From the human T2T-CHM13v2.0 reference genome, Homo sapiens, in NCBI RefSeq assembly GCF_009914755.1, contig NC_060928.1: 64,000 nt of DNA. One strand, 5' to 3'. Under the pieces are notes generated by a model. It saw only the letters and a list, made by a program, of their open reading frames with translations, was not told where the DNA came from and ran no database searches. A program made the translations under genes and the position numbers. Numbering within the stretch: position 1 is the first letter of the stretch; the number at the start of each line of letters is the position of its first letter. Below are positions 1 to 13,435 of the stretch, in pieces.

Positions 1-1747
1 GCAAATCCAAAGAGGAAAAGAGGAAGTGAAATTTTCTCTGTTTGCAAATGACATGATTTTATATATAGAAAAAAACTAAAGACTCTACCAAAAAACTTCT
101 AGAACCAATAAGTGAATTCAGTGTAGTTGCAGGACACAAAATTAATATACAAAAATCAGTAATGTTTCTATACATGTATAAGAAACTAGTGGAAATCAAA
201 ATGGCAATCCCTTTTACAATATATATTTAAAAAGTAAAGGCCAAGTACCATGGCTCCTTACTGTAATCCAAGCACTTTAAGAGACCCAAGAGTTTGAGAC
301 CAGCCTGGGCAATGAGATTAAATTCCATCTCTACAAAAAATAAACACACACACACACACACACACACACAAATTAGCTGTGTGTGGTGGCATGAGCCTAT
401 GGTGGCATGAGCCTATGGTGGCAGCTACTTGAGAGGCTGAGATGGAAGGACTACTTGAGCCTGGGAGGTAGAGCTTGCAGTGAGTTGAAATCTCATCATT
501 GCACTCCAGCCTGGGAGCAAAGCCCTGTATCAGAAAAATAGAGGAGATGAAAGACCTCTACAAGAAAAACTATAAAGCACTGATGAAAGAAATTGAAGAG
601 GATGCAAACAAATAGAATGGCACCCCATGCTCATAGATCAGAAGCCTTAATAAATATTGATAAAGTAAGCGTACTTCCCAAAATAATCTACAAATTCAAC
701 ATAATCCTGGTAAAAATACCAATGGCATTCCTCACAGAAATAGAATTAATCCTAAAATTTGTATTGCACTACAAAGAATCCCCAATCACCAAAGCAATTC
801 TGAGCAAAAAAGAGCAAAGCTTAAGGCATCACACTACCAGACTTCAACATATATCAATCACAAAGCTGTAGTAACCAAAACAGTATAGTGCTGGTATAAA
901 AACAGACACATAGTCCAATGGAACAGAGTAGAGAACCAGAGATTAATCTACATATCTACAGCCAATTGATTTTTATAAAGGGTAGCAAGAACACTTTTTA
1001 GGGAACCTGTAGTCTTTTAAATAAGTGATGCTGGGAAAACTGGAAATTCATATTCAGAAACATGAAACTAGACCTCCACTTCTCACCCTCTACAAAGTCA
1101 ACCCAAAATGGATGAAAGATCTAATTTTAAAATCTGAAATGATAAAGCTACTAGAAAAAAATGGGGAAATGCTTCAGGACATTCTTCTAAGAGAATATTT
1201 TCTTTGAATAAGGAATCAAAAGCAAAAATATACAAATAAGATTATATTAAACTACAGGTCTTCTGCAAAGCCAAGGAAACAACATTGTGAAAAGACACCC
1301 TATAATTGGAAAATATGTTTGCAAAGTACTCATCCAACAGTTCATTTATATGACAAGGAACTCAAATATTTCAACAGCAAAATATTACCAAACAATGTGA
1401 TTTAAAAAATGGGCAAATATCTAATCAGATATTTCTCAAAAGAACACGTACAAATGTCCAATAAATATATTTTAAAAAGTTCAACATCCCTAATCATCAG
1501 GGAAATGCAAATCAAAACCATAATGAGGTATCATCTTATTCCAATTAGAATGACTATCATCAAAAGGAAAAAAAAAACCAGCAAATGTTGGACAGAATAC
1601 AGATATAAGACAACTCATACACTGTTAGTGAGAATGTAAACTAGTAGAACTACTCTGAGGAACAGTACAGAGATTCCTCAAAAAACTACAAATAGAACTA
1701 CCGTATAGTCCAGCAATTCCACCACTGGGCATTTATCCAAAGGAAAG
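1..1747 (+). mobile_element. Old L1 (L1MA-like), 3' half of ORF2, decayed; interrupted by an Alu; 3'UTR missing
   Basis: ORF fragments 593-871 (IYKFNIILVKIPMAF), 1025-1207 and 1409-1639 (SLIIREMQIKTIMRYHL) are L1 ORF2 C-terminal motifs with stops and frameshifts. Confidence 0.93.
239..540 (+). mobile_element. AluJ-like SINE with internal (CA)n and a 16-bp duplication
   Basis: ggccaagtaccatggctc...gagaccagcctgggcaa...cactccagcctggg; AluJ-type gagcctgggaggt; (CA)n 345-370 in the middle A-rich linker. Confidence 0.9.
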
Positions 1748-2352
1748 TAGTTTTTTTTTTTTGTTTGCTCTTTTTTTAACACCCCCACATTTTCTGGAGT
1801 TTTTAAGGGGGAGGACTATGGCAAACAATAATATCTAAGATCATTTTTATTAATGCTCAATAGGTTAAAAAAATGCTCAGGCTTCATGTAATCGCTGTAT
1901 TCTGAACATTAAAATTATGTCATACACTTCAAATAAAACTGGGTTATCAGACAAGATTTAATCATTTTACCATGAAAATCAGAGTTTATTAAGTAGTAAC
2001 AAATGTTACATTTATTTATTTTGAAATGAATGCTGAAAATACAAACCTGTCACATAAATTGCATTAATTTACAACTATTAAATTTAATTTTTTTTGTTTT
2101 GGTGAGAATAACCATGTCCAAATTGCATTAGTAATTAGAAATATACTCCATTAAAATGTAGTTCAACTGACTGAAAAAATACATAAGTGTTTTTCTAATT
2201 AATCTTTGTATATCATAATTTGGTAAAATACATCCCTTTTAATATCCTAAATAGGACACTATTTAGGTAATAAAATAAATTAAAAAATTGGATTTGTCCT
2301 TCATTGATGTTAAATTATTTTTATATCAATATAGAAACAGAAATCTAAGATG

Positions 2353-2356
<4 letters not shown>

Positions 2357-2384
<28 letters not shown>
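2357..2384. repeat. (TG)n microsatellite
   Basis: Direct reading. Confidence 0.97.
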
Positions 2385-2385
<1 letters not shown>

Positions 2386-2677
2386 ATCACATGTTAATGT
2401 ACTATTTACAGTTGTCTAATGTGGTGCACTGGGGTCTTCAGGTTCTGATCTGCCACCTCAATTTCCACAGAGATTGATTTTCTTAAGCATTGGACTTATT
2501 TCCCAGTTTCCAGGAAGGGAATTTTCTTTCCAAACATTCCTGTTCTGTAGAAAACCAACCTTCTCCTGAAAAAAATTATCTTTCTCACTTTTTATTCAGT
2601 CATTAAAATGGTACATAGCTTATTACCTCACTACCTTAAATCATGGAATTATTTCATGAACTCTCAGAATCTGCTTC

Positions 2678-2877
2678 ATGTTGTCCAACAGACATTCTGT
2701 GATGATAAAAATGTCACATATCTGCAATTTCCAATACAGTAGCTAGGAGCCGGATGTGACCATTTTTAAGGTGGCTAGTGTGACTGGAGAAACTGAAATT
2801 TTAAATTTAATTAATTATTTTCTATATTAAATTAAATAGCTATATGTGACTAATGGTTACATTATTGGATAATGAAG
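2678..2877 (+). mobile_element. MER3-like hAT-Charlie DNA transposon (MITE)
   Basis: tgtccaacagacattctgtgatgat...ccaatacagtagc...gtggctagtgtgactg...attggataa matches the recalled MER3 consensus. Confidence 0.8.
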
Positions 2878-3811
2878 GTCTATATTCACTCTTTCAAAAT
2901 TATTTGACCTCCCTTATTCAATTTTTCACTTCTATTTTGTATCAGCTACTGATTCAAAGACTTATGTCCTGCACTTAGAGTCAGAGTTAATAGCACCTCA
3001 GAAATCTTAAAGGAGTGTGATGTGGTTTTCTTATCTCTCTGTCATCCATTATTTAACATTGGCATGCAAACAAAATGTATTCAAAACTACAGGTATTTAT
3101 CTTTTCCCCAAATTAAAGCTATTAGAAAATAAAATTATAATAATAACTTTAAAGTATAAATGCAGAAGTTCCTTTTAGCATATGAAGTGGACTAAAAATA
3201 TTGAGTTAGGCTTTGTGAGGTTTATAGAAGAAAGATTTATACTTGCTGACCAAAATGTGTGATGGTGGAAGAGAGGGTCCCTATTTCAAAACCAAGGTAT
3301 TCCCATCCTCATTTCAGTTCCAGAGACCTAGAAGATTAACCCTGCCAATGATTTTTCAATGCCCAGAATTGTAAAAGGCTGAAGAAATTTGGGTATTCAA
3401 GCTTGATGGTGACACGTGTATCAAAGGAATGAGGTTTAAACTATGTCTTCAAATGAAATTCAGACCAAAAGTAGGTTCAAATCTCCCAAAGAATCAACTG
3501 GCCTATGTGTGCCTCTGCATATGGAGTCCAACAGCAGCAGCATTTTGGAGAAAACTCCAACTGCTGATGTCAATTTTATTGACTGCAGCTAGATTAGCAA
3601 TACCAGGTCTAAAGGGTAAAGTTTTTAATCACCTCCAACCCCCAGCACCAGTACAGAGCAGGTAATGTACTTATTCCCCCGCATTTTTTGGGTCTGCAGT
3701 AATATGATCAGATCACTGCTTCTTATATTGTACTTTCCCACTCTTTGTTGATTATATCTTTGCTTGTCTAGCTTCCCCACCAAATGTTGTCAGGGGTTCT
3801 TAGTAACAGGA

Positions 3812-4281
3812 GTTCTACGTCAGATTCCCCATGAAATAGACTCAGAGACTGACATTTGCAAGCAGGAGTTTTACTGAAGAGTGCTTTTTGGGAAAAAAAA
3901 AATACCTAAAGAAATCATGCAAATCAAAACACCTGAGAGTAATGGAAGTAGAGTTGGACAGAAGAAAAAGTTAAAATGCAATAGCAGTTGCAACCAATAC
4001 TTAAGCTCATCCCAAGGAGAACCTCTGAAGCTGGGATGTCCTTTCTAAGAAATTCCAGATTGAGGCAAGAGGTTGGGATTTTGTAGTTTGTAAAGAACAA
4101 GTCACTGGATGCAGGCTGTCTTTGAGGAGAAAATTATTTTGGGCAAGAAATCTATCTTCCACTGAAGAACATGTCTGGGAATAAATTCATTGAGCATTCA
4201 GCAGGCAATGTGCCCAATAGGTAGGGGAATGTGTGTCCTTTCCTGAAGGGGGATTTGGGCAGTACACTGCAGCTTGTCCAG
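3812..4281 (-). mobile_element. ERVL-class LTR (LTR33/LTR16-like), 3' LTR of the adjacent provirus
   Basis: ttccccatgaaatagactcagagactgacatttgcaagcaggagttttactg and cctgaagggggatttgggcag resemble reverse LTR33; PPT-like tccccct just inside. Confidence 0.7.
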
Positions 4282-7120
4282 AGTGTGTCCCCCTAGAATC
4301 CACCATATGGATCAACTTCTTTTCTATAATGTTTATTCCATCTCGGACTAACTCCATTCAGTTTTTTGTGTCTTTTTCTGAGAAAACGTATTTGTCTATT
4401 GATGAGTAGACCTAACTACTACCCCTGCCTTTGCAGCTGGTCTCTGGGTCACAAGTGAAACTAATCCTCTTCCTTCTTTGCTAACCATTTTAACTTCTCC
4501 TCACACTCAACAAGGACCTCAGCTGGACTGAGTGGCTTATCAGATATGATGACCCAGACCCTCATCCCTGAGTGGTTTGAACCATAGCTCATCAGAACCT
4601 TCTCAGACTATAGCGAATACGTTTGTAAATTCACCATCAAAATTAATCAAGCGGGGACAAAGAGATCCCTTAGTAACCACCTTGGTACCAAAGGTTGTAT
4701 TTCCTACACCACTGTACGACAGCAGCTCTACCTCATCATGATGATCAGGATCAATTACCCCTCCCATATTGGTCTTGGCAATAATAAGCACAAAATATCA
4801 AAGTGGTAGCTGGTGTCCTTTGATGAAAGCTTACCTTCTCTGGGAACCTGAATCTCTAGATCTACAGAATGGAGAGTCGTGGAGACAGGAGGCACAGCTT
4901 GCCCAAGTGTGTCCTAGGGGTAATGGTAAGCAGGGCCATTCCAACTCCTACTGCCAGGACCCATGTAATCTACCTTTTTGGGACACATCACTATATAATG
5001 GTTATTGTTTTAGTTTATACAGAAGTATGACACTCTATATTCACACAAAATCATCTCCAAATTAGTGTCTCAGTTGTTCCTTTAAATGTCATTCTATCAT
5101 CCTCTGAGGATGAGGGTTTTTGGGTAGAGCAGTAAATAATATGATCAGTGATTCACAGGTGTCTTCTGCTGTACCTCCTTCACTGTAAATGCATTATTTG
5201 GTCAAATGCAATAGTATATTGGTTCCTGTGTCAGTCATTCAAACCCTATATAAGTTCTCAGATAATGGTGCTGGCTGAGGGCTGCAGACAGAAGAAAATC
5301 TGTAACTGGACTTTGTATGGAGTCCCATCCAGGCTGCTGCCTCTTCGAGGACGTGTGGGGTCAGTGTATAGTAAACATGTAGCCAAATAGCTAGCTGGTT
5401 TCCAACAGAGATTGTACTTTATTAGGATTCAATGTAAGTCTGTTCTGCTGACAGTTTATACATTGGGCTGGGGCAGTGCCTAAATCAGCCTATGCTGATA
5501 CATATGCTGTTAGGTACATGAATACCTCCATCCCTGACACCCTGGCTACCCTCTTCACACAAACCTTGTGCTAGCATTAAGTGGCCAATGACACAATCTA
5601 GTAGATGTCAACTTGCTATGTTATTAAATGTTCTCCATTATTTAGTGGCCCCATAGTTTATGTTAATAGATAAGATAATCATTTCCACACCTTGTGCCCT
5701 TTTCTATAGGTATTTCACATGACTCTTCCCTGCAATCCTTTTCTACTGACCTTCCAGCCTTTCTCTTTCTAGACCCTGACCAGCCAATGCCTATTAACCA
5801 TTTATAGTCAATGATTAAATCTTGCCTATAAATCTGTATACAGTCTTACCTCAGGCTACTTCTCTTTCCAGTGAAAAGATAACTGGCTGTATGACTTGAT
5901 AGTCTGTCTTTGATTGGATATATATTTACCACTATTTTTCAGGGCCACCCCTGAGTATTGTTTTAGTGCACCTAGAGTCCATTTTTTTGCTCTCCTAAAT
6001 TACCAGATTGACCCATATATGGACAAAGATTAACCTTTTTCTTTTTCTCTCAACAGCTTGTAAAGGACTCTATGCAACCATGCATTTGAGCTGAGGTGCA
6101 ACAGTGATGATGACTTTGGGGTCTAGGATATTTTATCATACAGCTCGCTTGTGCCCTTTGGGCTATTCATGCCTAAGCCTACATGTACAACTTCCATCTT
6201 TTTATAAATTACTGTTGGTCGCTTAGTTGTGGACATGTGGTCATTTATCACAAGGACAAGTGCCCCAGTGTGAGGCCAGAAATATATATATATATATTTT
6301 AATTTTCTATAACCCTCTGGTATGTACAAAAAACAGAATAGTATTAAGCCTAACATGGGAATTAAATTTTGACACTTGTTACAACATAGATGAACCTTGA
6401 AGATATTATGCTAAAATAAGCCAGAGACAAAAAGACAAAGAGTGTATGATTTCATTTTTATGATTGCACCCGTAGTAGTCAAAAATCTTAGAGACAGAAA
6501 GTAAGATAGTGGTAACTAGGAGATTGGAGGAGGGACAAATTGGGAATTATCGTTTAATGGTTACATAATTTTAACTTGAGAAGATGAAATAGTACTGGGT
6601 ATGGATAGTAATAATGATTCCACAAAAATATAAATGTACTTATTATATTTATTATTATTATTTATTATATATATTATTATTTATTATAGTGAACTATACA
6701 CATAGAATATTGAAAATGGTTTTATGTTATATTTACCTCATTAAAAATATATTTTAAGTACAAAAAAGACAAAATATTCCTGTTTTCATATCATTTGGTT
6801 ACTCAATTAAATAGCTGTATGACACCAGAGGGGAGGTCTGGGCAAATCATTTCCATTACAGGCTTCCTGTGACATTGCTGGGTCATTCTCGCTGGTGACC
6901 AGGATTTACTTACAGTCCATTGATTTTGAAGATATGGGCTTTATTTATTTTATTATATACATAGAGTTATACCATTCTTACTTAGGCTTAAGGATGCCAT
7001 TTTTATTTAAGCATCTCCAAGCATCTCTCTGGTCAACTTTCTTAGCTGCCACTCCCACCTATTCACTCACTATGATAATTGGAGACACTGTCTTCTGGTG
7101 GTCAAGAACTGCCACCTGAT
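4282..7120 (-). mobile_element. Decayed ERVL-type internal region (gag 3' end, RNase H, integrase, dUTPase-like), split by an L1
   Basis: Minus ORF 4603-4791 GGVIDPDHHDE resembles the ERVL pol-end motif; RNase H-like KWTLGALKQYSGVAL near 5945-5990; gag-like caggtggcagttcttgaccaccagaag near 7090-7118. Confidence 0.75.
6355..6770 (+). mobile_element. L1MB-type 3'UTR fragment with an internal AT-rich (TTA)n expansion
   Basis: acaacatagatgaaccttgaagatattatgcta...gagacagaaagtaag...tttaatggttac...gaactatacac. Confidence 0.85.
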
Positions 7121-7164
7121 CACGAATATTTTAAGATTCCATTATTTTCATTGTTATTAGAGAG

Positions 7165-7285
7165 CCCTCTATTCTAAGTTATTTACATAGTTTGGTCATG
7201 TAATCCTTGCAACACATCAATGAGGTAAGAACTGGTCTCGCCATTTTATGGTTGAGGACACTGAGTCACAGAGAGTTTATACAGC
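7165..7285 (-). mobile_element. MIR
   Basis: ccattttatggttgaggacactgagtcacagagag is the reverse MIR core. Confidence 0.75.
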
Positions 7286-8006
7286 ATTTGTAAAATACAG
7301 TAAGATATTATTAGTTAAGAGTACATCCTTGACAAATGCCCTGATAAATACTCATCAGGATCATTATGAACAAAAATAAAGAAATGTAAAATGCATGATA
7401 TCTCAAATGGAAGCTTCATTCCCCTTTAAAAAAAAATGTAATCCATTTTGATCTGTTTGCATCATTCCTGATACGTGATATTCAGGATATAATTTTAAGA
7501 TAAATGCTAAGGCTTATTTCTGTGAAACAAAGAAGGTCAGAAGATATTCAGCTAGGTTTATTTTTTTCTTTAAAAAGCTTTGTTTTACCAAGTAAACATT
7601 TTACTTTCAAGTGACAACAGAGCTTTAAAATGCTTTAAAGTGGTTATGAAGAGCAAGAAAGCAACTTCTCCAATTGACTCGTAAGACCTTACCCACGTAT
7701 ATAATGTTATTTGTGGTTCACCTCACTGCTTGTTGTTTTGCTTTTATAGTCTAAAATCCCATAAAACAGAACCTCAGAAAACAAATGACAGATTTACTTA
7801 AATATAAATGAGTGAGTAGTTATGATATCAACCAAATATGCTTAACGATATGTCTGGAGAGTCAGGTATCAAACAGGTCAAAGGGACTGTTCTTTCTATA
7901 TAACAGATACATTTTATATCTATCTAATATAGATAGATATATAATATATAACAATATATGTAAATATACCTTTACCCTTTGAAAGAAAACCTCAATAATT
8001 ATTTTT

Positions 8007-8026
8007 ACACACACACACACACACAC
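8007..8026. repeat. (AC)n microsatellite
   Basis: Direct reading. Confidence 0.95.
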
Positions 8027-8769
8027 CCCTCAGTGTATGACAGTTTGTTTCTATATTATAGAAACATTATAAATAAGAAAGTGAAGACATCTGTGTATGT
8101 GTGAATAATATGGTCAAAGGACAATTAAGATCATACAATTTTATTTTAGGGAGATTATAAGGAAAATTTATTTGAAATGTATTCCAATCTATTTACCTAA
8201 ATTCAGTCAAATTTTGATTATTTTCAGCTCTCTTAAAATGTATTTTGTATCTTGTTCATTGAATAGTAGTCTTGTTAAAAAGTTGTTAAATATAACAGTG
8301 TCCCATATTTAAATACAAATGAATTGTTTAATTCAAATTTTTATATTGTGCATATTTAAAAAAATCTATTTCTAACAAATGCCTACTGAAAGTTACTGAA
8401 TTGATTTAGAATTTTAAAAATTTAATTTATTAGTATGATGTATGTACAAAATAAAAATTCCTTTTACGGTTACAAAATTCAGCTTGTAGGTATAGATTTT
8501 TTATAAACCACCTTTCATTGTATACAGAAAAATATGTAATTGGAGGATCATTTATCTTGAGACTTCTAGGTATGTCCTAGACTGATACAAACATAGAAAC
8601 AATACATATGAATTATGTTTATTTGACAAATGAAGATTCAGAAGAAAATGTAGGATGTTATAATGTAGACAGTAAATGGCAATTTTATTAACTCCTCAGA
8701 AATGCACGTTCTCTTGTAATATTTTTTATGATTTACAGGGTAACAGTAATTGAATGATAAAAATCAGTG

Positions 8770-8930
8770 ATTCATAAACCCTAAGAGCTACACAAACAAT
8801 GTGATATCCTTCATTTATCCTTGTCCTTCAGCAGATAAGGAAACTAGGACCAAGAGAGTCCAATGAATTTCCTACAATTACAAAGTTTCTTAGTGGCAAA
8901 TTAAAGAAATGAGTGAAGTTCTGACTCAGA
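8770..8930 (-). mobile_element. MIR
   Basis: cagataaggaaactaggaccaagagag...ttagtggcaaa...tctgactc. Confidence 0.65.
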
Positions 8931-9229
8931 AAAACATTTATTGTACTAAATTTTCTTATTATTTAGAAAAAAACTCACACACATTTAAAATATATATTTA
9001 CCTTATTTCTACTATATACAAGATAAATACTCTCATTCTCCTTGAAAAAATATGCAAAAAGCAATAGTCAAAATCAACAAACTTTAGTGATTTGAAGGAA
9101 ATAATATTTGAATTGGGATTAAACAAGAATATGACACATATTTAGTAAAAGAGCTGTTTTCTTGAGACAAAGATAATAGTAGAACAAGCAACAAAACAAA
9201 GCAAAACAAAAATACCTCTAGAAGCCCGG

Positions 9230-9392
9230 TATTTGAAAGCGTGAACCAGCCTAGTGCTCTACAATAGCTTTGTCAGCTTTAATTTTCTCATTTGTAAAAT
9301 AAAGATAACAAATTATTTCATGGGATTGCTGTAAGCATCAATTATGTATGAAAATATGGAGAGTCTCTGGCATCTAAAGTATGCTCAATATT
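9230..9392 (+). mobile_element. MIR
   Basis: ttttctcatttgtaaaataaagataac...tcatgggattgctgtaag...ctggcatctaaagtatgctcaata. Confidence 0.7.
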
Positions 9393-9552
9393 TAACATTC
9401 TGGTACACAAAAGGATGAAAAAATGTGGGTTGATATGACAGACCATGTCATAATTGCATAACTGTACCACTCCTTTTTCACATTAAAATTGGAAAATGTA
9501 AAAGACGTTTTAAAATTTTGTGAAACTTGACTTTTTCATAGTCGTATGCCAA

Positions 9553-9952
9553 TTTTTTTTTATTATTATACTTTAAGTTCTGGGATACAAGTGCAGAACG
9601 TGTAGGTTTGTTACATAGGTATACATGTGCCATGGTGGTTTGCTGCACCCATCGACCCGTTATCTACATTAAGTATTTCTCCTAATGCTATCCCTCTCCT
9701 AGCCCCACATCCCCTGAAAGGTCCCAGTGTGTGATGTTCCCCTCCCTGTGTCCATGTGTTCTCATTGTTCAACTCCTACTTATGAGTGAGAACATGCAGT
9801 GTTTGGTTTTCTGTTCCTGTGTTAGCTTGCTGCAAATGATGGTTTCCAGCTTCATCCATGTCCCTGCAAAGGACATAAACTCATCCTTTTTTGTGGCTGC
9901 ATAGTATTCCATGGTGTATATATGTGACATTTTCTTTATCCAGTCTATCGTT
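9553..9952 (-). mobile_element. 5'-truncated L1PA (about L1PA6-8) 3' end
   Basis: poly(T) then attatactttaagttctgggatac...gagtgagaacatgcagtgtttggttttctg, low divergence from L1PA 3'UTR. Confidence 0.95.
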
Positions 9953-10059
9953 AGTATTTTTTATTCCATATTATCTGGGTCTCAGAGCACAGTATCTCAT
10001 TCTCTGTTTTAGTACCAAATATATATTGAGGATCTATAAAGAACAGACAAATGACAAGG

Positions 10060-10560
10060 ACAATACAGTATTATATTTTAAGAATTGTATCAGAAGCATA
10101 ACCAAATGATGCTATGAAAGTCCAAGGAACACAAATTTATGCCAAAAGAGCAAAAAAGGAGTTAGAAGGCTCCTTGAGAAGGTGATATACTGGCGGAGTC
10201 TTGGAAGGGAAATTATGTTCTGGCAGCTGAGAGATCTCTTCCTAAGGAGAGTGCAGCATTGTCCTGGAAATAAAGGAAAAATGAAATACATTGGGGTCAG
10301 TGGACAGCAGCTAGCTTGCTATAATGAAATTGAAAGATACATGTTGTAAGAAGTAGGATATGAATCTGAAGAGATGTCCACAAGCTAGATCATTAAGGGC
10401 CTGATAAACCAAAAGAACAGATTTTTATATTTCCTGGTCAATTAGGTTTCCCTAGATAATTTTAAACTGGAATGCAATGTCCACTCTGCCTTTTTAAATG
10501 ATTACTTTTGTATTAGTATGAAGAAAAGTCTGGAGGGATGAAACCAAGGCTGGACTTAGT
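10060..10560 (-). mobile_element. L2 fragment
   Basis: gaaggctccttgagaaggtgat, ctagatcattaagggcctgataaacc and ttttaaatgattacttt are typical reverse L2 motifs. Confidence 0.6.
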
Positions 10561-10619
10561 AAAATGATAATTAAAAAGATGATTAAATGATGTTGATGAT
10601 GATGATGATAATGATGGTA

Positions 10620-10790
10620 GGAAAAATAGTAAATATTTGCATGATCTTTATAATAACCCTAGGACGGCTGAACCATAATTAGTATAAGCATTTTTAATCC
10701 TCAAGACTAATTGGTGATAGATTTTCTGATATTTTTCTCATCATTCCCGCTTATAGATGATGAAATGTACAACGGAGCAAGTCTTTGAAG
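10620..10790 (-). mobile_element. MIR preceded by (GAT)n at about 10588-10616
   Basis: tttaatcctcaagac...cccgcttatagatgatgaaatg. Confidence 0.55.
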
Positions 10791-11944
10791 TCAGCAGTTC
10801 AGATACAGAGTGCAAATTTAACCAATTATAATAGCCTGCAGAATCTGAGAAACCCAGGATACAAGAAATTCAGGCAAAAAGTAATTAATGTGATAGTTAA
10901 TCAACAAAATTATCCATTTTTATTAACTTACCATAACCATTCTGCATTTTACAGAATCCTGTAGCATAGTGCATGTGCTTTACTTGTTTGCTCTTATTTT
11001 CTTTGTGGCCCCATTTCCTGGATCCTCAGTTGCTTGTTCTACTGCAACAGCTGCTGTTGCCTGGCTAATGTCTTGGCTAACTTCTGCTTCTGGGGGCTGA
11101 CTGTTGCCTGTCCTAGAGGAAAATGTCTCCTATTTGTCAGTCATAATATAGTTCAATCATCACCATGACTTGAGTTTCTGGCTCCTCCTGTCATGTGTGG
11201 ACTTTAGTCTCTCACCGATTCATTTCTACAAATACATGAATAGGGACATGTGGTCAGCTTCATCAAAAAAGGAGAGAGAAATACTATTATTCTGTGGAAG
11301 AGTTTGTAACAAAGCCGGGATACAGCATGCTTGTAATTATATACTGGTGTCTCCTATACATCCTCCCTGCCAGCCACACAGGTTATTAGATGGTACAGAT
11401 TCATCACTGCCATTAAACATTCTTTGTCTTACCATCCCCCTAAAAAAAAAACAAAAATAAAGATAAAGAAAGAGGAAACACTAGTGGTAGAGCTGCTCTT
11501 ACTCCAAAGAAAAGATTCTCCTTGCTGTTTTGGGGAATCTCATTGCCATGTGCTCCTTCTAGAAAGATCTGAGATTACACAATATGAGAGGACAGAGGAA
11601 AATGCAATAAGGAAATCTTTCCTTGATATATAGTGTTTGGAGGCTTCCTAAGCATTCCCTTAGAACACTGCTTATGACTATGGTCAGTTTGTTCATCTGC
11701 CCTGCCCTGGTATATTCTTGGAGCCTTCTGATACTGTATCATATAATATCCTTTTTCTTCTGCCTGATGTCTTCTTCTGTGCTTTAGTTTCAGAGACAAT
11801 ATAAGCACAGCCAATGCTGGCGTATCAATTATGTGCCTTAGTTATTGGAATGACACCCTCACCCTCTTTCCTCTATCCCAAGTTACCTAAGCACTATCTA
11901 ATTCAATACCTAGGGAAGTGTTATTTCATTCTTACATTGAGGGT

Positions 11945-12265
11945 GCTCAAAAGAAATATAATCTGAACCACAAATATAAGCTTTATTTTAAATTATATTT
12001 AAAATATAATTTTAAATTTTGTAGTATTTACATTAAAAATGGAAACAGGTGAAGATCTTACTAATTCATTTTAACATAATATTTCTAAAATATTATTTTA
12101 ACACATAATCACTATAAAAGTATTTACAATTTTTTTACATTATTTTGTTGAATTTTCAAACCCAGTGGGTATCGTCCACTTACTACACACCTTAATTCAG
12201 ACTAGCCAAATTTCAAGTGCTCAATAGACACATGTGGCTAGTGGCTATCAGAGGGGACAGCACAC
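11945..12265 (-). mobile_element. MER33-like hAT-Charlie DNA transposon
   Basis: gaaacaggtgaa...gactagccaaatttcaagtgctcaatagacacatgtggctagtggcta...ggacagcac. Confidence 0.85.
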
Positions 12266-12469
12266 GTTTATCCCTGTCAGTTCCCAGCTCTAGGAACATG
12301 GAAATGGGACTCCAAACTGTGCCAGATAGTAGTGGGTTCAGGGTTGTATCTCCCACTCACCCTATCTCAACTTAATGTGGAAATTTAAATAAATCTCATG
12401 CAAAAATCCTCCAGGCAAAAGTTGTCTTAAATACTCAGCTTTCATCTATGAGTTATTACATTCACTTGG

Positions 12470-12810
12470 GTTTATTTTTTAATTTTTATTTTAGTTTATA
12501 ACATTTCTGTGAAGAATAACATGCATACAGAAAGGAGAGAAAATGCTAAATACATAGCTCAAAGAATTGTTACAAAACGAAAAAACATATACCAGTATAT
12601 CCAATACCTGCGTCAAGAAATAAATCAATATTGGCATAAGCAGAACTTGCTCTATGTCACTTCCCAGACCACAGCATTCCTCAAAAATAATGACTATCCT
12701 AGTTCTTAATACCACGTGTTTGATTTGTCTGCTTATCCGCTTTATGTACGTGGAGTCAATAGTTAATACTCATTTGTTTCTGCTTTTGTCATTCACCATC
12801 ATGTTGGTCT
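12470..12810 (-). mobile_element. Ancient L1ME-type 3' end
   Basis: T-rich tail, ataacatgcatacagaaa...catagctcaaagaatt...gtcaagaaata...actatcctagttct. Confidence 0.7.
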
Positions 12811-12844
12811 TACTTATTTTTGACTTCTATGAATAGGTTTGTAA

Positions 12845-13435
12845 ATTGCCAGGACATGGATGCAGTTTGAAAAAGAGAAAAGCAGTGTCTGACAGTCCGA
12901 GTATTGGCATAGTTCTGTCAGTTCGGTGTTGCTAAGAGCTGGCTACTCACTCACAGCTGGGCTAGAGCATTGTTTTGTTGAACATAAAGAGTTTCACAAA
13001 ATACTATCAGACAAAGTCTCTCTATGATCATAATAAATCAAGATGAAACCATGTCCATTCATTAATAATTTCTGAACTTAGAAAGCAAAACAAATGAACG
13101 CTGACTACATCACAAAGATGACCATACATCCTTCTGCTCTTCTGGCTAACATGAGTGACTGCTGCTCATCAAGTACAGCTTTAGACTTTATTCCTCTCAC
13201 CTTTTACATAAAGTCTTTAAGATGCTCAGTCGTAGAATTATCTTCATATTCTGACAGCACACAATGTAGAGCAAAGCTCTGCTTCCTTGAACGTTCCCCC
13301 AATCACTTACAAAGGCCAAATCCTATCAATCCTTTCCATCACCCTAGTATTGAGATACCTCAGTATTCAATGATGTGTTCACTTCTTTGTTGCAATGAGT
13401 AAAAACAAAATAAAAAACTACAACTTTAACTACAG
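12845..13435 (+). mobile_element. ERV1-class solo LTR (MER90-like group)
   Basis: atcagacaaagtctctctatgatcat, ctggctaacatgagtgactgctgc, ctgacagcacacaatgtagagcaaagc, polyA signal then aactacag. Confidence 0.65.

Noticed and set aside
1748-1780. Poly(T) after the truncated L1 as a processed pseudogene tail
   Set aside because: No TSD and no recognisable mRNA sequence downstream
3429-3670. 78-aa ORF ending near a donor-like cag/gtaatg
   Set aside because: No recognisable homology or matching acceptor; such motifs are common by chance
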